Below the pieces are notes generated by a model. That model was not told the DNA's origin, searched no databases, and saw nothing but the letters and a program-made list of their open reading frames with translations. DNA of 63,712 nt, counting the filler, from Craspedostauros australis (taxonomy: Eukaryota), in NCBI GenBank assembly GCA_030167865.1. It is 8 parts of 8 records of this genome, joined end to end, with 100 filler letters (N's around TTAATTAATTAA, not from the genome) between each part and the next. Parts side by side here need not be neighbours in the genome. Positions count along the whole stretch, not along the records: positions 31,090 to 39,281 come from JALAGF010002104.1; positions 39,382 to 42,217 come from JALAGF010002106.1; positions 42,318 to 46,428 come from JALAGF010002107.1; positions 46,529 to 48,285 come from JALAGF010002108.1; 4 more parts are not named here. One strand, written 5' to 3'. Made by a program: the position numbers and the translations under genes. Shown here piece after piece: positions 35,330-47,249 of this stretch; within the stretch, counting starts at the first letter, position 1; each line of letters starts with the position of its first letter.

Positions 35330-36521
35330 GAGTGCATGCGTCGCGCGGTATCGTTTTATGCCACCCAACCTACTGATTCAAACCTGGACGCTCCTTGATC
35401 TGAATTCCTTACGCTTTGCAATGATCTTGCACGACCACCCTTGCGTTCGTGTGTGAGATGGTTTGGCGATCGATACCCCTGTGCGCTGTTCTGGAGAATG
35501 TCAGCATCGCGTTGGATCTTGACGATGCGTCTGAGATCTTTCGGAGTTTCGTGTGTGTGTGGTGGTGGTTTCGGAGAATGTGGTTTATTCGCATTTACCA
35601 ACTATTTTGTCATTGTTCTCTCGCATGGATGGACAGACGTGGTTCTAATTCAATGATACTATACAAGAGATGTTATGTAGAAACCGGATTGATGGTGATA
35701 CACTGCGACAATAGGACTGCATCTCAACAACGTTCGAGAACACCGCTTTGTGTTCGTGAATATTGAGTCCATATATGTCCGTTATACAACATATGGAACG
35801 TCAGATTTGAAACCGCTTTGTGTTTCGTGCGAAATGAGAGCTCGTCGCATAGCGTCTTTGGCGGCCCAATGGCCAACCCCCGCAACGACGATTCCGATCA
35901 TCCTTTGCGCTCGGCCTCTGACAACAGACTAGTATACTTGCTAGAGATAAATATTTCATGGGGATTAATCTCTCTGTTTCGTATGGTGAGACGCACTGTT
36001 CGTTACATCATCTCTCTCATGTGACTGCGAGGTTTCCTCCGTTGCGCTTATGGCACTGCCATTTCAACGCCGTGGAAGCGAAGAGAGTCAGAACAGAGGG
36101 GATTTGCTTGTGGACATACCTGGGCGACAAAGAGCAAACTCGGGTCGGGATCTTGCTCAAGGTCCCATTGATTGGAAGGAATGGCATGTACAGCGAAACA
36201 TTGGAGGCTGCTCTTTTCGTTTGCATTGTGATGTGATGTGATGTCCAGCCCCCTATTGTGGAGACGCGAGAGCAGATGAAGGTGTCTGGGGATGCTTGCG
36301 CAGTCGGACTATCGACGGTGCCGCACCATCATGGCTCTCTTCTTCTTCAGTTCTGCTCTGTCCTACACTGAGGTCGTGCCTATTTGACGAATAGTAGAGT
36401 AATGTAATGTCGAATCATGAAGATCATTCTATACGGTTGTTAGCGTCGCGGTAGGGCTCTTATGTACATGCGAGGTTGCCGACAGAGGTATGGTACACGC
36501 GGCTTTTCGCTCACGCTCACC

Positions 36522-39189
36522 TCATCTCTCCATCAACAAGCGCTGCAGCGTTGCCTGTTCCAACAGCGCTTGCTGCAAGTTCGATCCTGGCTGTGGCACT
36601 CCAGCTTTCTGCTGTTGTTGTTGTTGCTGCTGCTGGAGTCGAAGGAGGGTGGTCATGTCCAGCGACGAGAGTGAGGAGAGGGCGGATGCGAGATCCAGAC
36701 CAGCACCAGCTGCACTGGCAGGAGCCGCGGCGGGGTGATTCTGACTCTCCAGCGATCCCAACAAAGCGCGGAGCTGTGCAGATGGCTGTTGTTGTTGCTG
36801 CTGCTGCTGTTGCTGCAACTGTTGGAGTCGCTGCATCTGGGCCAGCTGTTGCAACTGCTGCAGTTCTTGGATGGTAGGCATCTGCTGGCTGTTCTGCTGT
36901 GCCTGTTCGAGTTGCTGCAGCTGCTGGATCTGCTTCAGACGCTGGAGTTCTTGGAGCGCGTTGAATTGTTGACCATCCTGACTTTTCTCTTGTTGCGCCT
37001 GTTGTTGTTGTTGTTGTTGTTGCTGCACCTGCTGAAGCTGTTGGAGATGCTCAAGTTCCTGGTTGTGCTGCAACTGCTGAAGCTGCTGGAGGCGTTGCAG
37101 CTGCAGTGGTTGGGGTTTGGCCTGCAGCGCCCCCGCAGCCAGGAGCGCGGCGATGTTTGGCTGTGCGGACCCAAGCAATGACTGCCCCAACGCACCGTGC
37201 TGTCCAAGGAGCAGGGCATCGGCAGCGCTAACAGAACTGCCACCGTTCAGAGCAGCCAAGATGGCCGCTGTTCCACCGCCTGCGGCGGCATTCGGAATGG
37301 CACTCCCGAGGAGGGCGTTGGCCGATTGCTGTGTGGCAGCTGACACAGAATTGGACACGGATGCCGTCTCTGCCGACGACGCATGCTGGTCCGCCCGAGG
37401 TTGCTGTGATTGTTGTTGCTTGTTGGCGGACGCAACGGATGCCGATGAGCCGACTGCGTGCGGTGATGACTTGCGGGCGGAGGGCGCAGCAGTCTCGGCC
37501 ATTGCAGCAGAGGCGGCTGTGGCATCGCTGGCCCTCGGCGCTTGTCCTCTCAGCGAGGTGAGAGCAGCCAGCACTGATTGCACGTTGTCCGTCGACAGGG
37601 CTGCGGCTGGAGGAGCCTTGACTTGCGCCGCTGGAGCGGCAGTTGCAGCGGTCGTGGTACCCCCATTACCACCGCCGCCGCTAGCGAGGAGCGCCAACAG
37701 CGCCGAGGCAGTCGACGGAGCTGCTGCTTGCAACTGAGCTTGAGCCTGGGCTTGCGCTTGTCTCGCTGCTTCCGTCGGGGTTCCGTTCACAGATGCGGAG
37801 GCCACACTTGGTGATACTGGGGCAACCCGTGACGCATGCGTTGATGGGTTGGCACCGCTTGACGACGTAGCAGGAGCGGGTGCAGGCGATGGAGCTGGCG
37901 GCGATGCCGCGGCTGACAGGATGGCCTGCAGGGACGACAAAGACTGCAGCGCTTGTCCAGACAGGCCGTTGGAGGCGGCTGGCACATCGACGCCCATTGG
38001 CTTGGCGCTGGAAGAGCTCAACGCAGCAGCAGTTGTTGTTGGGGGTGCTGGCGCAGTCGCGGCTGGTGCCGATGCCGAGAGAGCAGCAGCCATGGAGATG
38101 GCGGCCATGCCGTCCATCGCCCGCATGTTGCGAATGGCGTTGATGTCGACACCTCCCATGTTGTTCATGATGCTCATGAGGGTGGATGCAGAGTGAGAAG
38201 TCCCCTGGTTGTTGGCGAGGTTGGTACCGTCTCCGTTGCCGCTGCTGCTGATGTTGCCAGTCGAGCACACGCTGGTCCTCGACCTCTTGCTGCTGCCGCT
38301 GCTGCGCCTGCCGATGGCGGATCGCTTGCCAGTGGCGGCCATGCTGGCAGCCGCAGCAGCAACAGCAGCCGACATGGCCTGTTCGCCGGTTATGCCTGCC
38401 AAGCGCAGGTGATGGCGGCCGTCAGCAGCGATGCTGGGGTGGGATGAATCCATGGAGAAGGCAGCCATGGCAGGGGTGGACGAAAGCGTGGGGCTGCCTG
38501 ACGCTGGCGAGGCGGGGCCCTTGATCTTGATGCGCTTCATCTGGTTGCAGAGATCCACGCGTCCCCTGATGAAGTAGGGATGGAAGATGGAGCCCTTGCC
38601 CCTTCCCTTGCGGATGGTGGAGAAGCCCCAGAGGTTGAGCTGTCTCTGGAAGCTCTTGATCTTGGTTTGGTTGAAGAACTTGGGCACTGTGCCATTGTGC
38701 CATTGTGGCGTTGTGACATTGTGCCAAGCGATGTTATGAGGAGTAGAGTGAGTAATGGAAGGTGACAGGAAGAGAAGGGGTTAGAGCTAGCATGAAGACG
38801 AGAGCGAAGGAGACGCGATTCTCCAAATCATTCTTTTGGCTCTGTTGGTGATGGCTTTGTGCATGAATCTTCATAACGGAAAGGTAAGGTGATGAAGGCG
38901 GGCAGATGACGGCATGGACAGACGAACAAACGAACGAACTCATATCCCCATGCTTCCATGCTTCCATACTTCCATACATGGACTCTATCTATCTAGCTAT
39001 CTATCTGTCTGTGTGTGTGTGTGCGCGTGTGAACTCACTGACTTGCTCCACAAAGCTGGTCTTGTCGAAGACCTGAAAGGCGTTGCCCTCTGGCAACCAC
39101 GAGACCACCGATGTGTAGTTCTCTTCCTCTGCGTTCATCAGCATCTTGTGGAGCTTCCACGGGAACTGGACTGTGCTGTCTGTCTTCAT
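36522..39189 (-). CDS. Heat-shock-factor family transcription factor with Ala/Gln-rich C-terminus, 2 exons
   Basis: Exon 39189-39039 (FPWKLHKML..VVSWLPEGNAFQV), phase-1 intron 39038-38687, exon 38686-36522 (MPKFFNQTKIKSFQRQLNLWGF..FHPYFIRG). Poly-Q tracts. Confidence 0.93.
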
Positions 39190-39381
39190 CGTTGTTGTCT
39201 CTTTATCTATTGCTCTTCTCCTTTCCTTGGTTTGATGTGAGTGATGCTGTTGGTGATGCTGTTGTTGTATTGTGTGGTTGTNNNNNNNNNNNNNNNNNNN
39301 NNNNNNNNNNNNNNNNNNNNNNNNNTTAATTAATTAANNNNNNNNNNNNNNNNNNNNNNNNNNNNNNNNNNNNNNNNNNNN

Positions 39382-40714
39382 TTGGGTCTTTCTTCATCTC
39401 TCCTGGTCTTGCCTAATCTTGATCTCTGTTTGATCACATATGAGTTGATCCGTCTACGTCGACGTGGTGCATGCATCACCTCTGACGATGTTGTTCTGGA
39501 TCCTAAATGTTGTTGCTACGTGCTCAATGATGCACTCGGCATGGCTAGACAGGTCAGCGTACCATGACTAAAACATAATCTCGATTCCGAGGATCACAAT
39601 GACCGATCCTCTGATGTCATCGATGATGTCAGTGCCTACGTCAGATTCGATGACAGTAGTGACTGAATCTCAATCGTGTATCAGGACTCATCCGACTATA
39701 CTCTCAAATCGAGTCGAATCAGAAAATATTGAATCACGTTCTAGTCATGGGAGATGGGTACCTTAATTTCGATCTAGATGTTGATACACAGGGAGGGCAG
39801 CAGAGGAGGGGACAAACGGTTCCTCCTTCACAATCACGTCAACCATGTCCTTGAGATACAAGTCTCCATAGCCCTTGCGGTTGGCGCGGGCCAGGAACTT
39901 CGCACTCCAAGCTTTCCAGCTGGACCGTTTGCCATCGAACATGATCATGTAACGATCAGTCTTACCTAGGAAGGATGTCATGGTGATGATGGTGATAGGA
40001 TGTTGTTGCTGTGCTGATGATGGTAGAAACGTAGGATTTCAATCGTAACGTTTCGAAACGTGTTGGAAATCCGGGGTTATTGTTAGTACTGTGATCTAAT
40101 CCGCTGTTAGAAACTGTACCGTTTTAGAACTGTGAGCACAATCTCACTTTCTCTTTCGATTTTCGTCTTCATGGCAGGCATCTGTCGCGGTGGCGACACG
40201 GGGCGTCCTGTTGTCTCTTAGGTGCTTCCCTCCTCATTCATCATGCTCTGTTCTTGCTTCCTTGTCTCTGCCTCGTCGTAGCTGTCTACATTTGCATGGT
40301 AGGGATCTGCAGTCCTGAGCACTTGCCTATCTCATGTTTCCGTCGTTGATCCCATGACACCATCGTCTCATGGTCGATGTCACCTTTGGTGATGTTCCAA
40401 ACCTGTGGATGTTCTGATCCTTTCTGATGTTCCAAACCTGCAGATGTTCTTGTCCGCAGGAGGGGCGCGTGCTGTCCTCTGAAGAAGGTGCGTCACTTGC
40501 CCATGGACTTGCCGTTCTGATCGACGTCGTCATCTGCATGGGTGCCGTGGTTGGTTTGGTATTGGGACCTCCTGATCCGCCATGGGTGTCGTCCTTGCGT
40601 TACCAGAGGACAGGCTACCCTCCTCGCGGTTATACAGGTATCAATCGCGTCCGTATCCTTAGTCATAGTCATAATGACATGGCATATAAAGATGTGACAA
40701 ATAGTCTCCGAACA
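39382..40714 (-). mobile_element. Degenerate Ty1/copia (CoDi-like) element: truncated gag start and candidate 5' LTR
   Basis: 39981-39763 encodes FDGKRSSWKAWSAKFLARANRKGY, a gag N-terminus typical of stramenopile copia, and stops after 72 aa. Candidate LTR 40061-40714 is bounded by TGTT..AACA. Confidence 0.6.
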
Positions 40715-41520
40715 TGTGACGAATAGTATTCAAAGCTGTGACGAACAATGTTGGGAGGTGCGGCAATCACGGTTATTCCGACAAAGCCGTGCCCTCGATT
40801 CCTAACAGATACTCTCGATGTCTCCGTTCTCTTGCCCAATGCTCTTGGTGCGTTTGTCTGTCTCGTAGATTGGGTCGTTCGAGTATGAGTCGGCACGCAA
40901 GATGCTCTTTCGCTACTCTTCATATTCTCTCTCTCTCTCAATATCATGTACTTGTGTTACACGATACTTTGCGTTTGATGTGTACTCCACATTTGACACT
41001 CCATTCATTCATTACTGGTTCCTACTCCATGAGTACTTACCATTTGAACTTTGCCTCTTGTATCCATGATCTTGATGCCCTTCGGTCATTGGATCTTCGC
41101 CTCCTGCTCTGACATGGAGACAGATGTTGATGTGGTGACATGATGACATCCTGTTGATGTCAGTAGGTGTCCTTCTGCTCTCCAGATGTCATGTTCCATC
41201 AAAGATGCAATGGTCTGTCAGATGATATTGTCATCTGGGGTTTAGTTGGGAGGTACCTCGAGCTTTGCTCGATACCATACGTTCCCATTGATGGACGGAC
41301 GGACGATATTTCTATTTCTCTCAGAAATCGTCGATTGTGAATTTCCTCCAGAAATTCTGCTCGTTTTCGTGTGTTCCATTTTCACTGTAATTCTGACGAA
41401 TCACAGCATACTATCTAAACAAATACAGTTTACCATCCGTACATGTATAAGAGAATAGCGGGTGAACGATGCACATATACACGTACATCTCGACATATAC
41501 TCACATGTACATCTCGACAG

Positions 41521-41805
41521 ACGGTCAGAACGCTCGATGTCGAGAGGATCACCGAATATCACAAAGACGTTAGTGATGCAAACGGCGACATAGTGTCTGC
41601 TACTCAACGGCTCGCCATTTACCTCAGCCCGAATCCAAATTCGAGAGAAGGCGTCCTCTGGCAGCAGGCCGGTGGGAAGGCTGTGGCTTTCTATGATTAC
41701 GAGATGAAGACGAAACGTATCAAGGAGGCATTCACCTTGACGGACGGATCGACTGCATACAGAGCATGCGTCAGGACGCCGAATGATATCATCCAATGCG
41801 AATAG
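41521..41805 (+). CDS. Orphan terminal exon of a conserved algal protein (DUF6816-like C-terminus)
   Basis: CAG acceptor at 41518-41520, then TVRTLDVERITEY..QRLAIYLSPNPNSREGVLWQQAGGKAVAFYDY..*. Upstream exons were not found in this contig. Confidence 0.5.
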   Translation, partial: TVRTLDVERITEYHKDVSDANGDIVSATQRLAIYLSPNPNSREGVLWQQAGGKAVAFYDYEMKTKRIKEAFTLTDGSTAYRACVRTPNDIIQCE

Positions 41806-41983
41806 AGCAATAGTGGTTAAAATTAACAAATGTGTTTTGAATGTATGTTACTTGGGGCAATTAGAGATAGAAGAGAGCACTCCATGGGTGAATGCTGCTG
41901 CTGCTGCAAGTACCTCTTGTCTTTGTCTCAAAATCGTACTGATGCTTCATGTGTTGTTGGTCTGCCTCCTCTTTATTGTCTAC

Positions 41984-42217
41984 TCACAAGATGTTGCAGG
42001 AATGCGCAAGGTTCAGCTTGCGTTTGCTGATCCAGGGAGACGGTCTGTTCTTCGATGGATTGAATGTCTTCTTCTCCTGCTTGACCAGCCGATCGATGTC
42101 CGCAACGAATCCCTTCCAATCCGTGGATGGATCTGGCACACCATCGAAGGACTCTTCGCCGAAAAGGAGCGCGGCAAAGTCTCTTAGTTCTGTCTTTGTC
42201 AACGGTCTTTCATCGAG
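41984..42217 (-). CDS. C-terminus of a stramenopile vWA-domain family protein with CaaX motif (5' part lost at contig end)
   Basis: LTKTELRDFAALLFG..FDGVPDPSTDWKGF..FNPSKNRPSPWI..HSCNIL*. Terminal CNIL is a prenylation motif. Confidence 0.6.
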   Translation of the reverse strand, partial: LDERPLTKTELRDFAALLFGEESFDGVPDPSTDWKGFVADIDRLVKQEKKTFNPSKNRPSPWISKRKLNLAHSCNIL

Positions 42218-42317
42218 NNNNNNNNNNNNNNNNNNNNNNNNNNNNNNNNNNNNNNNNNNNNTTAATTAATTAANNNNNNNNNNNNNNNNNNNNNNNNNNN
42301 NNNNNNNNNNNNNNNNN

Positions 42318-42836
42318 GACTATGGCGACAACGATACCATCCCATCGCTACGTAACGCGTCGGAATGGAGAAAGATTTCAACGATCCAGGAAGCCAGGAA
42401 GGAAGCTGCAAGAGAAGCGGAGATGAATGACGAAAGGACGAAAGCGTCTACAACAACCAACAAGACATCGCGTACAGAAGGAACTAGCAAGAGGCTGGTG
42501 TCCATCGAAGCGAAACTCGCGGAAATGCTCGAGACACGCACACAAAGGTCGGCAATGTCGACTCTGTCGGGCAGCACGCGAAGGTCAAAAGAGACGGCGA
42601 AGAGGGAGATGAGAGAACTGCGCGAACAGATGGCTCAAATGCAAGAAATGATGGCTGCAACAATGGAGGAAAACAGGGAGCTCAAGAAGAGAGCTGATGG
42701 CGCTCAGAACGAGCGGGAAGCACGGTCGCCACAGACCCAGCGTACACAGAAGGACCAACCGACGGCCGACGACCCGAGGAATCCACGCGAAAATTCGGAA
42801 GCAGGTGCTGCGGAAACGGCGCCTGCGAACGGTTGA
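42318..42836 (+). CDS. LINE ORF1 C-terminal coiled-coil region (partial)
   Basis: Frame is open from the contig start to TGA 42836. Coiled coil EMRELREQMAQMQEMMAATMEENRELKKR. Confidence 0.7.
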   Translation, partial: DYGDNDTIPSLRNASEWRKISTIQEARKEAAREAEMNDERTKASTTTNKTSRTEGTSKRLVSIEAKLAEMLETRTQRSAMSTLSGSTRRSKETAKREMRELREQMAQMQEMMAATMEENRELKKRADGAQNEREARSPQTQRTQKDQPTADDPRNPRENSEAGAAETAPANG

Positions 42837-45800
42837 ACAGAGAGGGCAGGGTCGACAGCTGGGGGCAGCACAGCAACACGACCTGAGCCTGAACGCGCCG
42901 GCAATCACAAACGATATACCGCATCAACGTGATTGCAGCAAGAAGGGGAGAGAGGAGGAGGGCAGGCAGGAGGAAACAGGAGACATGATGATGAGGAAAA
43001 GGGAGGGGAGGATGAGAATAGGAATGCAAAACTTCGGAGGGCTGCGACGAGCGAGAGGCAATGTCGACGAAGGGCTGAAGCAGTGGATGAACGAAGGAGA
43101 GTTTGATGTTTTCGGGGTTACCAAAGTCAATGTGGATTGGCGAGGGGTCCCAGAGGAAGCGCAGTTCAAACACAGAACGAAGGAATGGTGGCCAACAGGG
43201 ACCATACAAGTGACAACAGCAAACAACGAAACAGATGAAGTGACAAGGAGCAAACAATGGGGAGGGACGGCCATAATCAGCCGATCGCAAGCGGCTATCA
43301 GGATGATTAAAGCAGGCAAAGACGCGACAAAGATGGGAAGATGGGTGTGGCAACTGTACCGAGGTGCAAAGCAACAGCGATTGAGAATTGTGGTAGCGTA
43401 TCGACCGTGCCGACCAAGGACAAAGGGCATACTCAATACATATGCGCAACAACGCAAATACTACAACGAGAAAGGACAGAATGTCGAGCCGAGAAGCCGG
43501 ATGCTGGAGGATTTGGAGGCCCAAGTCAAGCTCTGGAAAGCTAACGGGGAGCATGTGGTGGTACTGATGGATTGCAACGAAGATACGAGATCGAAACGAA
43601 TGAAAGAATTCATGGCGACTACAGATATGGCCAATGCGATGACGGCGAACGACGGGACAGCTGGCGCGACAGCAACGCACCGACTAGGCCAGACGCCCAT
43701 CGATGGGATCTTCGTGAGCAAGTCAATAAAGGTGGAACGAGCCGGGATGACAAGGTGGGATGAAGGGATACAGGAGCGATGCGCAGATCACCGGTGCCTG
43801 TGGCTGGAGGTGAGCATGGAAGGAGTGTTAGGACAAGAAATGCCGCCATTGAGGAAGGCTGTGTCACGAAGAGTGAAGACGAATGATCCAAGAATTGTGG
43901 ATAAGTTCAATACGGCATACCAAGCGCATCTGAAACAACACAACGCACACGACAGAGCAATTCTGCTGGAGAAAAAGGCGGAGCAACAGTGGGACGAAGA
44001 GACGGAGCAAGAAGCCGAAGCGCTGGACCGAGTAAGAGTGGAAGGCATTTGGAAAGCAGACAAGGCATGCAGAAAGCTCCGAATGGGAGGTATCCCATAC
44101 TCAGCGGAGTACAAGAGCATTGAAGCGAGGATAGGTCTGTGGAACCACGTGGCTCGGAAGCAACAAGGCAGAAAGGTCTCAACGTCACTACTCAAACGAT
44201 TGGCCAAACGAGCCAAGGAAGATCGGCAAATAGCGGAAATGGTGCGAATGAGCGAGACGGACGTGAGTAAGGAGCGGGATGCAGCATACGCGAAACTGAA
44301 AAATTTCCGAGGGAGGGCAGCGGAGTCAAGAAGCAACTGGCTGGAGACAATAGCAGAAGCGCGGGCGAAAAAAGAAGCCGAACGACAACCCAACAAAGGA
44401 CGCGGAGCGAAGCGGCGGGGCCAAGAGCAGCGAACGGCGACACAACTACGACAGCTACGAAGCCGAGAAGCGGTGCGAGCGATGTACCGACGGATACGGC
44501 AAGCAGCAGGCAATGAAGGGGTCGGCGGGATATCGATGGTGATTGCACCGAACGCCCAAGGGATATGGGAGGAACGCACGGAGCAGGAAGGCATAGAACG
44601 GGGATGCATGGAGGAGAATAAAAGAAGGTTCCGGCAGACCGAAAATACCCCATTCATGTACGGAGAGCTCGCGCGGGACTTTGGATTCCTGGGAACGTCG
44701 GCGGCGGCAAGAGCAACGCTGAACGGAGATTACAAGGCGTCGAGATGGACTGACCCAGGAGCGACAAAGCTGATCAAAGGACTAAGAACGGTGGCCGAAG
44801 TCAGCATACCTGCAGGCATGACGACGGACGAATTTCAAAACGGGTGGAACAAGTGCAAAGAAGACACTTCAGCAGGACCCTCTGGATTACATTTTGGCCA
44901 CTTCAAGGCCATTGCAAAGCACCGCCACAACTCCGAATTCGAAGCCAGCATGTCGTCAATCGCGATGAAATCAGGCTACTCGTTCAAAAGGTGGAAGCAG
45001 GGTGTGGATGTAGAGCTTATGAAGAAGGCCAACAGCTACAGGGTGGACAAGCTGCGAACGATAGTCCTTTTCGAGGCCGACTTCAACTTTTCCAACAAAG
45101 CTATTGGCAGGAAGGCGGCGATACAAGCAGAAAAACAAGGAGGGTTCGCGGAGGAGCAGTACGGCAGCAGGAAAGGGCACAAAGCCATCGAGCATGCTCT
45201 TAACAAGCAGCTAACGCTCGACTGGTTACGGCAAACACGGACACCAGGCCTTCTCTGCTCCAACGACCTAAAAAGCTGCTACGACCGGATCGTGCATTCC
45301 ATGGCGTCTATCGGACTCCAACGACAAGGGATCTCCATGACGGAGGTGCACAGCATGTTCACCACGTTGCAGCAGTTGGAGCACTATATCAGAACGGTGT
45401 TCGGGGATTCCAAGTCGGCGTACAGTGGAAGGCATGCCAGAACTCCCATGCAAGGCATATATCAAGGCAATGGAGCCGGACCGGTAATATGGGCAGTGAT
45501 CTCGTCCCCCATGCTGGATGTCATGCGCCAGGAGGGCCATACTGCGAGATTCACCACGGCGACTGGTAATGAGACGGTGAACATCGTCGGGTACGCTTTC
45601 GTGGATGATACCGATCTGGTGGTCAATGCAAGGGAAGGCGAAGGCATTGACGCAGCAGTGCAGCGAATGCAGGGTAGTGTCGACGAGTGGGAGAGACTAG
45701 TGAGGGCTACAGGAGGAGCGCTGGTAGTGGAAAAAAGTATGTGGTGGGCAATCGACTTTGTGTGGCGCCAAGACGGAACGTGGAGATACGCAACCAACTC

Positions 45801-46428
45801 GGAAGTGCCCGCTGAAATATCCATGAGAGGCAACAGCGCGCAAAGACAGCAGATGCCCCGCAGCGAGGCAGGAGAGGCGTTTGAAACACTGGGCGTGAGG
45901 CTGGCACCAGACGGCAATGGGCGTGCGGTGTACAAAGCGATCGAGGACAAGGCGAAAGTATGGTCTGAGAAAGTGCGCACGAAGCGCATACGGAAACAGG
46001 ACGCATTGGCGGCGATGAACTCGGTGCTGCTGAAGAAGCTGGAGTACGTGCTACCAGTTGCTCAACTCACGGAACAAGAGTGCCGACAGGTGATGAAGCC
46101 GGTCTGGCAAGTGATGATGTCCAAAATGGGTTACAATCGTGGTTTCCCAAGGGCAATGATACACGCGGCAAAAGGACAGCTCGGAGCCGACGTGCACGAG
46201 CTCCACACAACCCAAATAGTGGAACATGTAGCAATGGTATTGGAGCATGGCGAGCGGGGAACAATGACGGGACGGCTCATCAGAGGGTCCATCGAAGCAC
46301 TCAAGATTGAGATTGGCACCGGCAAGCCACTTTTCGACATGGATTTCCGACGATGGGGCTACTTGGCGACAGATTGTTGGATAAAGACGGTATGGCTAGA
46401 AGCGCAAGAGTACGGGGTACACATACGG
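42697..46428 (+). CDS. LINE ORF2: APE endonuclease + reverse transcriptase (partial)
   Basis: APE motifs: RIGMQNFGG, VVAYRP, VLMDCNED, PIDGIF, ADHRCLW. RT motifs: TSAGPSG, KLRTIVL, EQYGSRKG, NDLKSCYDRI, QGNGAGP, YAFVDDTD, TLGV. Confidence 0.93.
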
Positions 46429-47249
46429 NNNNNNNNNNNNNNNNNNNNNNNNNNNNNNNNNNNNNNNNNNNNTTAATTAATTAANNNNNNNNNNNNNNNN
46501 NNNNNNNNNNNNNNNNNNNNNNNNNNNNTTTCATGACATTCGACTCCTGACTCTTGGGTTATTGGGAGGTGCGGTAGTGTAGCATTCCACGATGCTCAAC
46601 TCCGCACTCTTGAGAGGTGCGGCAATTCGGTGTTTCACAACACCCGATTCCTGACAAGCGTGCTTGCATATGACATTGGTCACCCATACGTTGTATTTGT
46701 CCACAAGTCTCTCATGTCTCCAATGAACAATGACAGCAAAGATCGAACAGCACATCTGCCACCAATGCCCACCTACTGTGATTTCTTGGAGAGTGGTCCA
46801 CCCAACAGCCCCACCAATCCATGGGGTAGTGTCAACAGGGATGTGTGGTCTTCCTACAACAGCTCATCAAATCCACCCCAACAGACTTCTCCATCTGACC
46901 ACACCGATTCCATGAGCCAACAATGCACGGCGCTTTCCTCCAGGTTGAGCAATAGCAGCATCGAACGCAACTGCTCAACATGGGTCAAGCCAACTATTCG
47001 CCACATGGATCAATCAGCAATGGCAAGGCACTTTGCCTCAGCCAGGAGAGATCCTTTATTCAGTGCCAGTCCAGCTCTGTTCGGATCAAGCATCAGCAAG
47101 CAGCCCAACCAAGTTTGCCAGCCCATCTCTGTTGCAATCAACCATGATAGAAGTGCAGATGACATTGCATCTGCTGCATCTGCTCCCCAAGGGGCTGCAT
47201 CTGCTTCTCAACATCATCCAGGGAACCATATACAACATCAACATGAGAC

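Larger units (their letters stand above)
42318..46428 (+). mobile_element. Non-LTR retrotransposon (LINE; Ambal-like diatom clade), both ends truncated by spacers
   Basis: ORF1 tail followed by an overlapping ORF2 with APE endonuclease and RT; purine-rich sense strand. Confidence 0.9.

Noticed and set aside
41267..41277. GCTCGATACCA as reverse tRNA-Met PBS
   Set aside because: Imperfect match and not adjacent to a TG-starting LTR.
42682..45989. Long antisense ORFs over the LINE, and similar shadow ORFs over Nup88, bL25, HSF and BTB
   Set aside because: Explained by codon bias of the real sense ORFs; no recognisable motifs.
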